Shown: positions 24,769 to 34,584, numbered from the stretch's first letter. The stretch: DNA of 39,741 nucleotides from Bacteroidota bacterium (GCA_027621385.1 JAQCBQ010000001.1:1-39741); one strand, 5' to 3'. Notes: generated by a model not told the origin, from the letters alone. Program-made: numbers and translations.

Positions 24769-25689
24769 ATGAGTGAACTAGAGGCTAACCTTCGATTGCT
24801 GCAGGAAAAATATCAAGCTAGCGGGCAAGATATGAATAGCTATCTGCAAGGATTGATGCATTCAAACTACTTGACTTACTGGGATTACATCCATTTGGAT
24901 ACTTTATTGACCTTGCAAAAGCCCAAGACGTCTTTTCCCGATGAGCAGATTTTTATTTTGTATCATCAAATCACCGAATTGTACTTTAAGCTGAGCCTAA
25001 ACGAGTTGGAGCAACTTCCGGCTCGGGGAGGAGATGCTGATTTTTTATTGCAACGGATTAAGCGGTTGACTGCTTATTTTTCAGCGCTAACGCATTCCTT
25101 TCAAATCATGATTGAAGGGATGGAGCCGGAACAATTTCTGCAATTTAGAATGGCATTGCTGCCGGCATCCGGATTTCAATCTGCTCAATACCGAATGATT
25201 GAATTGAGAGCTACGCCCTTGCACAACTTAGTTCAATTTGAATTGAGGTCTCAAATTTCAGCAGATGCACCGGTGCAAGAGCTGCTTCACAACATTTACT
25301 GGGGTCGGGGAGCGGCCGAGTTGTCCAGCGGAAATAAGACATTGACTTTGAGGCAGTTTGAGGAGAAGTATGGAGCCGAGTTCTTGAAATTGGGTGAGGA
25401 GATTAAAGGGAAAACCCTATATGAAATGTATTTGGATTTGCCTGAGTCGGATCGGCAACGGCCGGAAATCATTGAGGCCATGCGCACCTTTGATCGGCAA
25501 GTGAATATAGATTGGCCGTTGATGCATTACAAATCGGCGGTTCGGTATTTGAAGCGTGATCCGGAGGACATTGCCGCCACGGGTGGGACCAATTGGCAGA
25601 AATATTTGCCGCCTAAGAATCAATTCCGAATCTTTTTTCCAGAATTGTGGAGTATTGAAGAGCGAGAAACATGGGGACGGGCAAATTAA
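24769..25689 (+). CDS. kynA: Tryptophan 2,3-dioxygenase
   Basis: TDO-like N-terminal motif (YLTYWDYIHLDTLLTLQ), then ILYHQITELYFKL. The length is about 300 aa. Confidence 0.8.
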   Translation: MSELEANLRLLQEKYQASGQDMNSYLQGLMHSNYLTYWDYIHLDTLLTLQKPKTSFPDEQIFILYHQITELYFKLSLNELEQLPARGGDADFLLQRIKRLTAYFSALTHSFQIMIEGMEPEQFLQFRMALLPASGFQSAQYRMIELRATPLHNLVQFELRSQISADAPVQELLHNIYWGRGAAELSSGNKTLTLRQFEEKYGAEFLKLGEEIKGKTLYEMYLDLPESDRQRPEIIEAMRTFDRQVNIDWPLMHYKSAVRYLKRDPEDIAATGGTNWQKYLPPKNQFRIFFPELWSIEERETWGRAN

Positions 25690-26978
25690 AATCAACGTTT
25701 ACGTGCAGTTTGGTGCCTATATTAAGTTTGGCATTGGGTCTTCTACTCTCGTGCGGGGAAGGGGGTGCACCCGAGGATTTATCGGCTACCGATTCTTTGG
25801 CGGGGATTGAACTGGCGGACTCAGCCTATGGCATGGATGTGACGGGCCTAGAAGAACAAACCTATACCATTGCTTCAGGTCAGAGTTTGTCGGGTATTTT
25901 CGGGCAATTGGGTGTTCCTGATTCTTCGGCGCGTCAACTAATCTCACAGGCCGATACGTTGATGGACTTGAGGCGTTTAAGGGCTGGGCACAGCTATCGG
26001 GTGTTTTGTCGGTCGGGCCCTGAGGGGAAGCCCGTGTGTATGGTATATGAGCCGACTCCAAGGTCGTATTTGGTGTTTCGTTGGAGCGATTCGCGTCCTG
26101 AAGTATATAAGGGGGAAAAATCCATGCGTTTGGTTCAGAAAACAGCTGCGGGGATAATTACCCAATCCTTGTATCAAACTGTTGTAGATCAAGGATTAAA
26201 TCCGGTATTGTGTTATCGTTTGGACGACATTTTCAAATGGTCGGTTGACTTCTTTGCATTAGCCAAGGGAGACCGATTTCGTGTGGTATATGAAGAGTGG
26301 ATGGCCGATTCCATTTCGTTGGGGATTGAGCGAATTGTGGCGGCCTCGTTTTTGCATCGGGGGAAAGAGCAGTTTGCGTATCGGTTTGAACAGGCGGGTC
26401 AGGTTGGCTTTTATGATGCCTTGGGGCAAAGCATGAAAACGCGGTTTTTAAAAGCGCCATTGGAGTATAGCCGGATTTCCTCGAAATTCTCGAAAAACCG
26501 AATGCATCCTGTATTGAAACGGGTTAAGCCTCACCTAGGTACGGATTACGCTGCTCCGCATGGTACTCCCATAGTAACCGTAGCAGATGGTGTAGTATCA
26601 GAAGCGCGGTTTGCGCGCGGCAATGGAAATTATGTTAAAGTGAAGCACGATGGGACGTACACCACACAGTATTTGCATATGAGTCGGTTTGCCCCGGGCA
26701 TTCGCTCTGGAATGCGTGTGCGCCAGGGCCAGGTGATTGGTTTTGTGGGAAGTACCGGATTGGCCACGGGGCCGCACTTGTGTTATCGGTTTTGGAAAAA
26801 CGGGAAACAAGTAGATCCATTTCGGGAACAACCTCAGGCGACAGTGCCCTTGGATTCGAGGCATATGGGGGCGTTCAAAGCTGGAGTTGATACCCTTTCT
26901 CCCAAATTGCTATCTGTATCTTTTCATGAAAACTTGGTGCGCGAAGCCAGCCAAACCGTTCAATTGTTTATTCCTTAA
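25671..26978 (+). CDS. M23 family peptidoglycan metalloendopeptidase lipoprotein (OapA/LysM-like N-terminal region)
   Basis: The lipobox is LLLSCG. HLGTDYAAPHGTP (HxxxD) is present. The usual HLH is replaced by GPHLCYRFW. Confidence 0.8.
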   Translation: MGTGKLKSTFTCSLVPILSLALGLLLSCGEGGAPEDLSATDSLAGIELADSAYGMDVTGLEEQTYTIASGQSLSGIFGQLGVPDSSARQLISQADTLMDLRRLRAGHSYRVFCRSGPEGKPVCMVYEPTPRSYLVFRWSDSRPEVYKGEKSMRLVQKTAAGIITQSLYQTVVDQGLNPVLCYRLDDIFKWSVDFFALAKGDRFRVVYEEWMADSISLGIERIVAASFLHRGKEQFAYRFEQAGQVGFYDALGQSMKTRFLKAPLEYSRISSKFSKNRMHPVLKRVKPHLGTDYAAPHGTPIVTVADGVVSEARFARGNGNYVKVKHDGTYTTQYLHMSRFAPGIRSGMRVRQGQVIGFVGSTGLATGPHLCYRFWKNGKQVDPFREQPQATVPLDSRHMGAFKAGVDTLSPKLLSVSFHENLVREASQTVQLFIP

Positions 26979-26981
26979 AAA

Positions 26982-28283
26982 ATGTTGACATCAAGGACGT
27001 TACGGCTAGTTTCATTGGTGTCGGGTTTGGCCTTGGGGGGATTGGTTTTGATTCAGGTATTCTGGGTTCAAAAGGCGTATCGATTTACCAACGAACAGTT
27101 CCAAAATCGAGTCACCTTAAGCTTGATTTCTGTGGCATCTCAAGTTTATCGATACAACAGCGACACCACTTCGGTTCGGGAAGCGGTAACCCCTTTGGGT
27201 GATGAAGATTTTTTGGTGAGTTTAAATGGCACTGTTCCTCCTGATTTTTTATTGAATTTATTGGTGGCTGAATTTCGTAAGCAATCTATTTTACAAGATT
27301 TTCAGGTGGGGATGTACGATTGTTTTGCTGACAGCATGGTTTGGCGGACCTACAGTACGAAATTGGGTCCTTTATTTTCTGGGAAGCCGCCAGGGGATGC
27401 CCTATTAAAAAAACTGCCTTCTTATACCTTTAGTGGAGACAGCCATATGATGGTCGTCCATTTTCCAGGAAAGCGAAGTTTTATTGCCCGAGAGCTTCGC
27501 GTGCTTTCGGCCAGCACTCTTGGCGTGATGGTCATTATGGGAGTATTCATATTTGTTGTGGTCATCGTGTTTCGCGAGAAGCGGCTTTCTGCTATGAGGC
27601 AGGATTTCATCAACAACATGACGCATGAATTTAAAACTCCTATTTCTACCCTGTTGGTGGCTGCTGAGGCGTTGAAAAAGCAAGTTCCGACCGATGATGG
27701 TACGCGAGTCCAGAGGTATGCGCAAATCATTCAAGATGAATCCATGCGTCTTAAAACGCATGTGGAGCAAATTTTAAAAATTGCCATGGTTGAATCGGCA
27801 AGGAACAATATTGAAAAACAGGAAATTGCAGTAGGTAAAATGCTTCAATTGGTGGTTGAACAATTCAAATCTCGTTTGGAGCAAAGTCAAGCCCAATTTG
27901 AAGTCAATATTGATTTGCCAGAAGGACTTCGGATGATGGGGGACGAAAATCACTTAAGCAATGCCATTTTCAATTTATTGGATAATGCCTTGAAATATGG
28001 AGGCGAGGGCGTTCGCATAGGTCTTCATGCCGAAGTGAAATCAGGCCGGTTGATTTTAGCTGTAACTGACACAGGCCCAGGCATACCAAAGGCCGTTCAA
28101 GGGATGATCTTTGAAAAATTTTACCGGGTTTCAACAGGCAACCGGCACGATATAAAAGGCTTTGGACTTGGCCTAAGTTATGTAAAACAAATTGTGCATT
28201 TGCACAAGGGCCGGATTGAGCTGCGCAGCAAAGAGGGTGAGGGCGCTGTCTTTACATTAAAACTTAATTTATTGCTACCATGA
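26982..28283 (+). CDS. Sensor histidine kinase
   Basis: Two transmembrane segments, H-box MTHEFKTPIS, N-box NLLDNALKYG, and G-boxes DTGPGIP and GFGLGLSYV. Confidence 0.9.
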   Translation: MLTSRTLRLVSLVSGLALGGLVLIQVFWVQKAYRFTNEQFQNRVTLSLISVASQVYRYNSDTTSVREAVTPLGDEDFLVSLNGTVPPDFLLNLLVAEFRKQSILQDFQVGMYDCFADSMVWRTYSTKLGPLFSGKPPGDALLKKLPSYTFSGDSHMMVVHFPGKRSFIARELRVLSASTLGVMVIMGVFIFVVVIVFREKRLSAMRQDFINNMTHEFKTPISTLLVAAEALKKQVPTDDGTRVQRYAQIIQDESMRLKTHVEQILKIAMVESARNNIEKQEIAVGKMLQLVVEQFKSRLEQSQAQFEVNIDLPEGLRMMGDENHLSNAIFNLLDNALKYGGEGVRIGLHAEVKSGRLILAVTDTGPGIPKAVQGMIFEKFYRVSTGNRHDIKGFGLGLSYVKQIVHLHKGRIELRSKEGEGAVFTLKLNLLLP

Positions 28284-28975
28284 GTAATCAATTGCGACTG
28301 TTGTATGTAGAGGATGATTCAGCCTTGGGGCTTATCTTAAGTGAGCAGCTTAGTGATCAGGCAGGTTGGAATGTAGATTGGATTTCAAATGGAAAGGAGG
28401 CCGCGATTGCCGCGGAGGAAAAAACCTATGATATCGCTGTGTTGGATGTAATGCTGCCAGGAATGGATGGGTTTAGTCTGGCGAAATTGTTGCGTGAAAG
28501 TAAGCCTCAAATGCCCATTTTATTTTTAACCGCCAGAGACGGACAACAAGATGTATTGCAAGGTTTGAGTCAAGGTGATGATTATATGTCTAAGCCATTT
28601 TCCACCGAAGAGTTGCTGCTAAGAATTAGGAACTTAGCTAAGCGCAGCTTGTCGGACGGGCCCAAGTCCGAGGAAAAAACATTTCACATTGGAAAATACG
28701 AATACAACCACAAGAACTTTCTGTTGGTATTTGATGGAAAAGAAGAGCGGCGGCTCACAGAACGAGAGGGGAAGCTGCTGAATTATTTTTGCCAACAAGG
28801 TTCAACTGTAATTCGCAGAGAGGATTTACTTCAGGCCGTATGGGGAAAAACAGATTATTTCACAGGACGTTCCATGGATGTATTTATTTCAAAATTGCGG
28901 AAATATTTGTCGGCGGATTCCCGTATAAAAATACAGGTTGTGCATGGCATAGGATTTGAGTTTATTCGACCTTAA
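28280..28975 (+). CDS. OmpR/PhoB-type response regulator
   Basis: The receiver domain shows YVEDD, DVMLPGMDG and SKPF. A winged-helix output domain follows (LTEREGKLLNYF ... HGIGFEF). An ATGA overlap couples it to the kinase gene. Confidence 0.9.
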   Translation: MSNQLRLLYVEDDSALGLILSEQLSDQAGWNVDWISNGKEAAIAAEEKTYDIAVLDVMLPGMDGFSLAKLLRESKPQMPILFLTARDGQQDVLQGLSQGDDYMSKPFSTEELLLRIRNLAKRSLSDGPKSEEKTFHIGKYEYNHKNFLLVFDGKEERRLTEREGKLLNYFCQQGSTVIRREDLLQAVWGKTDYFTGRSMDVFISKLRKYLSADSRIKIQVVHGIGFEFIRP

Positions 28976-29291
28976 TAGGCTTACATTTTCTCTCTAGATT
29001 TAATGATAGCCCTAATCGGGTGGTTCCCCATGGTATTTTGGGGATGCGGTAGGTGTGAGAGGAATCAGGGATTGGATTTTAGCCGTTCAATTAGGCTAAA
29101 GCAGGAAGGTGATGGGTAGAATTTGGGAAGTGCCTAAGCCCTTTTTATTAAATAGATTTTGGTCCTATTCGTTTCTGCTAAATATTGGAGTTGGCGTTTT
29201 GGTAAACCAAAAATCGGTTGGGCCAAATCCGGATAAATAAAATTAAAAATCATTAGGTTTTTGGTAATTTTACACTCTGAAACACATTACT

Positions 29292-30677
29292 ATGTCTGAA
29301 AATAGACCCCTTACTGCTGAAGAAAAACGTGAAAAGCTCAAGCAATTGCTCAAGCAAAAGGCTGCCCAAGCGGAAGTGGCCAAAACTACGGCTGTTTCAA
29401 ATCCGGGAAAGGGCGCAGTGGATACCTCTAAGTTCGCTGATGTCAATCAATTTCCTGAGGTTCAGGCCTTGGCTGCTCAATTTCATACCCTTCAATCCTT
29501 GCAGGTTGAGAATCCATATTTTAGGGTTAATGAGGTCATTGTTAACAATAAGACACAGATTGGCGGTCGAGAGTTGTTGAGTTGGTCATCGTACAATTAC
29601 ATTGGATTGTCGGGTGATGAGCGGGTTTCTAATGCTGCAAAAGATGCGGTAGATCAATATGGCACCTCGGTTTCTGCTAGTCGGATTGCCACGGGAGAAA
29701 AGCCTCTTCATGGAGAATTGGAGAAGGCCTTAGCCGAGTTGATAGGTGTTGAAGACGCTATTACCTTGGTGAGTGGACATGCCACCAATGTGACCGTTAT
29801 TGGTCATTTGATGCGTCCCGGAAAGGATTTGATTGTGTATGATGATTTATCGCACAACTGCATCATTGAAGGCGCTGTTTTATCGGGAGCGCGTCGCATT
29901 GCCTTTCCTCATGAGAATTATGAGGCGTTGGATCAAATTTTGACTGACAACCGAGCTGATTATGAGCGGGTTTTAGTGGCCATTGAAGGGGTGTATAGCA
30001 TGGATGGCGATATTGCAGATGTGCCAAAATTTATTGAAATAAAGAAAAAACACAATGCTTTATTGTTGGTGGATGAGGCTCACTCTATGGGCGTCATTGG
30101 TCCGAACGGCCTAGGGGTTCGAGATTATTTTAATTTAAACCCACACGATGTGGATTTATGGATGGGTACCTTCAGCAAGAGTTTTGCTTCTTGTGGTGGA
30201 TATATTGCCGGAAGGAAAGCCTTGGTTGATTATTTAAAATACAATACACCCGGGTTTGTTTACTCGGTGGGAATTAGCCCTGCGAATGCCGCCGCCGCTT
30301 TAGCAAGTACTCGGATAATGATGACCGAGCCTTGGAGGGCTCAAAAATGTCAGGCCAATGCGGCCTCCTTTTTGTCACAAGCCAAGGCCCATGGCTTAGA
30401 TACAGGGCCGAGTAAAGATACGGCAGTGGTTCCTATCATTACCGGAAATTCTGCTCACGCTTTGTTGTTGGCGGATGCTTTGTTTAAAGAGGGGATTAAT
30501 GTCCAGCCTATATTATATCCTGCGGTTCCAGAGGAGGCTGCGCGATTGCGTTTCTTTATAACCTCAGACCATACCGAATCGGATATTTCATTTACCATTG
30601 AAAAAACAGCCAAGTACTTGGAGCGTATTCGTAAAGACTACGGAAATTTAAGTTTTCCGAAAGTTCCAATGGGTTAA
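29292..30677 (+). CDS. Alpha-oxoamine synthase family PLP enzyme, serine palmitoyltransferase / cysteate-fatty-acyltransferase-like
   Basis: The PLP-lysine motif GTFSKSFASCGGY is closest to the SPT form GTFSKS. Also seen: SYNYIGLS, DEAHSMG, YSMDGD. A charged N-terminal extension of about 60 aa is present. No bio genes are nearby. Confidence 0.8.
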   Translation: MSENRPLTAEEKREKLKQLLKQKAAQAEVAKTTAVSNPGKGAVDTSKFADVNQFPEVQALAAQFHTLQSLQVENPYFRVNEVIVNNKTQIGGRELLSWSSYNYIGLSGDERVSNAAKDAVDQYGTSVSASRIATGEKPLHGELEKALAELIGVEDAITLVSGHATNVTVIGHLMRPGKDLIVYDDLSHNCIIEGAVLSGARRIAFPHENYEALDQILTDNRADYERVLVAIEGVYSMDGDIADVPKFIEIKKKHNALLLVDEAHSMGVIGPNGLGVRDYFNLNPHDVDLWMGTFSKSFASCGGYIAGRKALVDYLKYNTPGFVYSVGISPANAAAALASTRIMMTEPWRAQKCQANAASFLSQAKAHGLDTGPSKDTAVVPIITGNSAHALLLADALFKEGINVQPILYPAVPEEAARLRFFITSDHTESDISFTIEKTAKYLERIRKDYGNLSFPKVPMG

Positions 30678-30757
30678 TTGGTTTGGTGGGCTTTCCCAAT
30701 CATGAGCCGCCTGCGGTAGTTGCAACAGGTTAATTGGTTAAATCTTCTCCGCTAATT

Positions 30758-31693
30758 ATGGCAGAATCGCTCAGAATATCCGTTATTATTGCGACTTATA
30801 ACAGGGAAAAGTACATTGCTAGGGCCTTGGAAGGGTTGCGGTGTCAAACCCTTGACTTTTCAGAATATGAGGTGCTTGTAATTGACAACAACTGCAGCGA
30901 TTCAACGATGGATGTAGTTGAAATGTTTGGCAAGGCGCATCCAGAGTTTCCTTTACGAACCATGTTGGAGTCTAAGCAAGGCTTGTCTCATGGGCGAAAT
31001 CGAGGTGTTAATGAATCAAGGGCTTCCATTCTTACCTTTTTGGATGATGATGCGGTTGCTCCACCGGATTTCTTATTTAAAGCGGTTGGTTATTTGGATG
31101 CGAGGCCCGAACTAATGGCCATTGGCGGAAAAATTATTCCTGAATTTGTAGATGGCAAGCCGGATTGGTACACTCGTTATTATTGGGGAGTGACGGGTCA
31201 ATTTGATGCAGGTGAAACGCCTGGAGCAATGTTGGAATGGGGTAAATTTCCCTGCGGCAGCAACATGACGTTTCGCCGGGAATTTTTCAATCAATTTGGG
31301 CTGTTCAATCCAAATCTTGGACGGAAGGGTGCTATTTTACTTGCTGGGGAGGAAAAAGAATTGTTTGGCCGAGTTAAGGGAGAAGCAAGGCGTTCCGTCT
31401 GGTATTATCCAGACTTAAGCGTTCGGCATTTGGTGGACAATCAAAAATTAAATCCGCACTATTTAAAAAAATTTTGCATTGGATTTGCCTTGGGGGAGCG
31501 ATTGGAAGTGGCCGAATCAACTTGGCCTATTCGTGCCAAACGGTATATGGAGTTCTCTGCAAAAAGCCTTGGAACCTTGATTTTAGCCTTGGGCTTTCTA
31601 CTTCGCGGGGAGGCTCAAAAGGCAAGTATGATTGTCCGGTTTGGAGCTTGGATTTTTGAAGGATTGTGGTTCCGGTCTATGCCCAAACCCTGA
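30758..31693 (+). CDS. Family 2 glycosyltransferase
   Basis: Motifs seen are ISVIIATYNR, VIDNNCSD and FLDDDA. The tracked start at 30734 is a TTG, so I use the ATG at 30758. Confidence 0.8.
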   Translation: MAESLRISVIIATYNREKYIARALEGLRCQTLDFSEYEVLVIDNNCSDSTMDVVEMFGKAHPEFPLRTMLESKQGLSHGRNRGVNESRASILTFLDDDAVAPPDFLFKAVGYLDARPELMAIGGKIIPEFVDGKPDWYTRYYWGVTGQFDAGETPGAMLEWGKFPCGSNMTFRREFFNQFGLFNPNLGRKGAILLAGEEKELFGRVKGEARRSVWYYPDLSVRHLVDNQKLNPHYLKKFCIGFALGERLEVAESTWPIRAKRYMEFSAKSLGTLILALGFLLRGEAQKASMIVRFGAWIFEGLWFRSMPKP

Positions 31694-31737
31694 ATTAACA
31701 TGTGGGCCTAAACTGGATTAATATGTATTTTTGATCT

Positions 31738-32070
31738 ATGAACGTTGAAATAACCCCGTCTTTGCTGTCGCACTTAGCCCATTTAAGTCGGCTGGAATTT
31801 GAAGAACAAGAAATCCCACAAGTTCAAGCGGATTTAACACGTATTCTTGGTTTTATCGATGCTCTTTCGGGCGTTGAAACTGATGGTGTTGAGCCATTGG
31901 TTCACCTATCTGACAGGGTTTTTGTTTTAACTCCTGAGCAGGCTGAACAGCCGCGGGCGGATCAAGTATTAGGGGCGTTGGTTTTGAGCCATGAAGATGC
32001 CCTTCAGAATGCCCCTCAGCGCGATAGCGACTACTTTAGGGTTCCGAAGGTGTTGAAAGGGAAAAAATGA
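31738..32070 (+). CDS. gatC: Asp/Glu-tRNA amidotransferase subunit C
   Basis: Motifs seen are LAHLSRLEFEEQE and the GatC-type segment L.RILGFIDALSGVETDGVEPL. 110 aa. Confidence 0.8.
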   Translation: MNVEITPSLLSHLAHLSRLEFEEQEIPQVQADLTRILGFIDALSGVETDGVEPLVHLSDRVFVLTPEQAEQPRADQVLGALVLSHEDALQNAPQRDSDYFRVPKVLKGKK

Positions 32071-32840
32071 GTTCTTTGCGCATTGTCTGGCATCAGCAGG
32101 CTCCCATTTGGGAGCAGCCGGAACAAAATTTAGCGCAATTGGAATTGGCGGCTCCGCCCGATGAAACCTGCGATGTTTGGATTCTTCCAGAAATGTTTGC
32201 TTCTGGTTTTAGCATGAATCCTGCTGTGGCAGAAAGTGGTGAAATGGCCTTGACATGGATGAAGCATCTGGCTAAAAGCCGTGGATATGTTGTAGCGGGA
32301 AGCCTTGCTTTCTTAATAGGCAACAAAGCGGTTAATCGATTTTTTTGGGTAGAGCCTCAGGGCAAGATTGTCTTTTATGATAAACGGAATCTCTTTTCTT
32401 TTGCAAAAGAGGACGCCCACTATAGTCCTGGAAATGAAAGGGTAATGGTCCGTTATAAGGGTTGGAATATTGGTCTTTTTGTTTGTTATGATTTGAGATT
32501 TGGGGTATGGATGTATCGAAGACCGAAGTTTAATTACGATTTAGCATTGGTTGTGGCCAACTGGCCAGAACGACGAAGCCGGGCATGGAAAACGTTGTTG
32601 GCTGCTCGCGCCATTGAAAATCAAAGTTATATTTTAGGAGTAAATAGATCGGGCAAAGATGGACAGGGCGTTTTGTATAGCGGGGATAGTCAATTGATGG
32701 GGCCCCTTGGAGAAATTATAACGTCGCATCCACCATTTGCAGTGGGGAACAAAAGTGCCGAGTTGAATTTAAAGCACCTTATATCGGTCCGAGAACGGTT
32801 TCCTTTTTGGACTGGTGGGATTGATGACTGCGTTGTCTAA
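32067..32840 (+). CDS. Carbon-nitrogen hydrolase (nitrilase superfamily, omega-amidase/YafV-like)
   Basis: The Glu-Lys-Cys triad contexts are present: LPEMF, YDKRNLF, LFVCYDLRF. An ATGA overlap couples it to gatC. Confidence 0.8.
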   Translation: MSSLRIVWHQQAPIWEQPEQNLAQLELAAPPDETCDVWILPEMFASGFSMNPAVAESGEMALTWMKHLAKSRGYVVAGSLAFLIGNKAVNRFFWVEPQGKIVFYDKRNLFSFAKEDAHYSPGNERVMVRYKGWNIGLFVCYDLRFGVWMYRRPKFNYDLALVVANWPERRSRAWKTLLAARAIENQSYILGVNRSGKDGQGVLYSGDSQLMGPLGEIITSHPPFAVGNKSAELNLKHLISVRERFPFWTGGIDDCVV

Positions 32841-32910
32841 ATTCCTCCTATAGAAAAGGGTAATATAATTTTGTATATAACGTTAAGATGTTGTAAAGAT
32901 TGCTGTTTTC

Positions 32911-34257
32911 ATGAATAAAAGAGGGTGTTTTCAAACCTTCATTGTTGATGCTTTGATGGAAAATGAGACGCAAACGATGGAAAAGCGCCTTAATTTTACA
33001 TTCATGCGTTTGGTCTGTCGATTTATTGTGTTCACAATTCTCATGTTCATTGGAACTGGGCAGCTGATGTTTGGGCAAAGCCGAAGTACCCTTGAGAAGA
33101 AAAAAAAGAAGATCGAGCGTGATATTAAGTATACACAAACTTTGATTCAACAAACAAGGCAGAAGCAAAGCAGCAGTGTTGATGCCTTGCAAAAGATTTC
33201 GGCTGGTATTGAGGCTCGCGAGCAATTGGTGCTGACATTAGGTGCCGAGATTTCTGTTTTGGACAGCTCTTTGGAGTCGGGGCGTAGAGAGTCTCAACGT
33301 TTGCTGCAGTTGCTCGACAAGCAAAAATCAGCCTATGCGGGTATGGTACGTGCGGCGTTCATTCAGCGACGAAGGCAAACAGGACTAATACCACTCTTGT
33401 CGAGTCCAAACCCCGGAATTTTATTAAGGCGGAGGGAGTACATTGAGCGCATGGCCAAATTAAGGCAGCAAAAAGTGAGTTCAATTCGACAAACCAATAC
33501 CCAACTTGTGTATCAATTGCAGCAATTGGATACGCTTAGGCAGCATAAAAATTTAGCTTTGAATGAGCAACAGATTCAAGCTCAGCAGTTGGAAGAAGAG
33601 CGTCAAAGAAAGGAGGCGCTACTAAACCAATTGAAAGGAAAGGAAAAAGAACTTTTAAAACGGCTTAGCCGGAAACAGGGAGAAGCAGGGGCTCTAGCGC
33701 GGAAAATCGAGGGGATTATTGCAGCGGAATTGAGAGCTGCCAAATTACGAGAGGAAAAGGCGGCGAGGGAAAAAGCGAAAGCAGCAAAGGCTGGAGGCAG
33801 TAAAGCACCTGTTCCTGCTACGCCTGAATCGGTAGCCTTGGGAAACGACTTTTCATCCAATCGGGGGAAGTTGCCATGGCCGGTAAAATATGGTATTGTA
33901 ACTGGAAAGTTTGGAACCCAGCCGCATCCGGTTTTTCAGCATGTTACCATTCAACGCGATGGAGTTGATATTAGTACTCAAGGGGGAGAAAAAGCATTGG
34001 CTGTGTTTCGAGGTGAGGTTTCGGCAGTATTTACTTTGGAAGGGTATCAAAATGTGGTCATTGTAAGGCATGGGACATACCTTACGGTTTATGGCAATCT
34101 GGATCAGGTAATAGTGAAAAAAGGCCAAAACATAAAAACGGGAGATCCTATAGGGACTGTTTACATGGATGAGGAAGAAGGAAAAGCGGCGTTACATTTT
34201 AGAGTAATGAACGGACAAATTGCTGAAAACCCACAATCCTGGATACTAAAACGATAA
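32911..34257 (+). CDS. EnvC-like murein hydrolase activator (coiled-coil plus degenerate LytM/M23 domain)
   Basis: A long Gln/Lys/Glu-rich coiled-coil is followed by a C-terminal M23 fold. HxxxD is replaced by RDGVD, and the first His of HxH is lost (AALHFRV). The true start may be an internal ATG at 32977 or 33004, ahead of the signal peptide MRLVCRFIVFTILMFIG. Confidence 0.75.
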   Translation: MNKRGCFQTFIVDALMENETQTMEKRLNFTFMRLVCRFIVFTILMFIGTGQLMFGQSRSTLEKKKKKIERDIKYTQTLIQQTRQKQSSSVDALQKISAGIEAREQLVLTLGAEISVLDSSLESGRRESQRLLQLLDKQKSAYAGMVRAAFIQRRRQTGLIPLLSSPNPGILLRRREYIERMAKLRQQKVSSIRQTNTQLVYQLQQLDTLRQHKNLALNEQQIQAQQLEEERQRKEALLNQLKGKEKELLKRLSRKQGEAGALARKIEGIIAAELRAAKLREEKAAREKAKAAKAGGSKAPVPATPESVALGNDFSSNRGKLPWPVKYGIVTGKFGTQPHPVFQHVTIQRDGVDISTQGGEKALAVFRGEVSAVFTLEGYQNVVIVRHGTYLTVYGNLDQVIVKKGQNIKTGDPIGTVYMDEEEGKAALHFRVMNGQIAENPQSWILKR

Positions 34258-34260
34258 ATT

Positions 34261-34584
34261 ATGCAGTCATTGGAACAACGTCTACAGGCGCTCAACGATT
34301 TAGACCTAGTCCGGTTCGCTTTAAAATACAGAAAGACCATGCCGGAGGAGCATGCAGCCATACTTGAAGAAGTGATAAAAGATCGCATTAGTCCGGACCG
34401 ATGGAGTCGCTTGTGCGAAGAGTTGGCCAGAGACAGTAGCTTTCAGGCGGAATTAAAAAAGGCGGCCTCGGCCCGTTTGCAAGACCGGGAAGGAAAAAAA
34501 ACGAATCAATGGTGGTTGTATGTACTGGTAGGCTCAGCCATTTTGGCCCTGGCTGCGTATGTTCTTCAGCCCTATTTCAAGTAA
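34261..34584 (+). CDS. Hypothetical protein with a C-terminal transmembrane anchor
   Basis: 107 aa with a helical charged body and the tail WWLYVLVGSAILALAAYVL. It starts 3 nt after the upstream stop. Confidence 0.5.
   Translation: MQSLEQRLQALNDLDLVRFALKYRKTMPEEHAAILEEVIKDRISPDRWSRLCEELARDSSFQAELKKAASARLQDREGKKTNQWWLYVLVGSAILALAAYVLQPYFK

Noticed and set aside
32848-33225. ORF 32848..33225(-) antisense to the 5' end of the EnvC-like gene
   Set aside because: It is antisense to a well-supported coiled-coil/LytM gene, its sequence is low-complexity and AT-rich, and it has no motifs.
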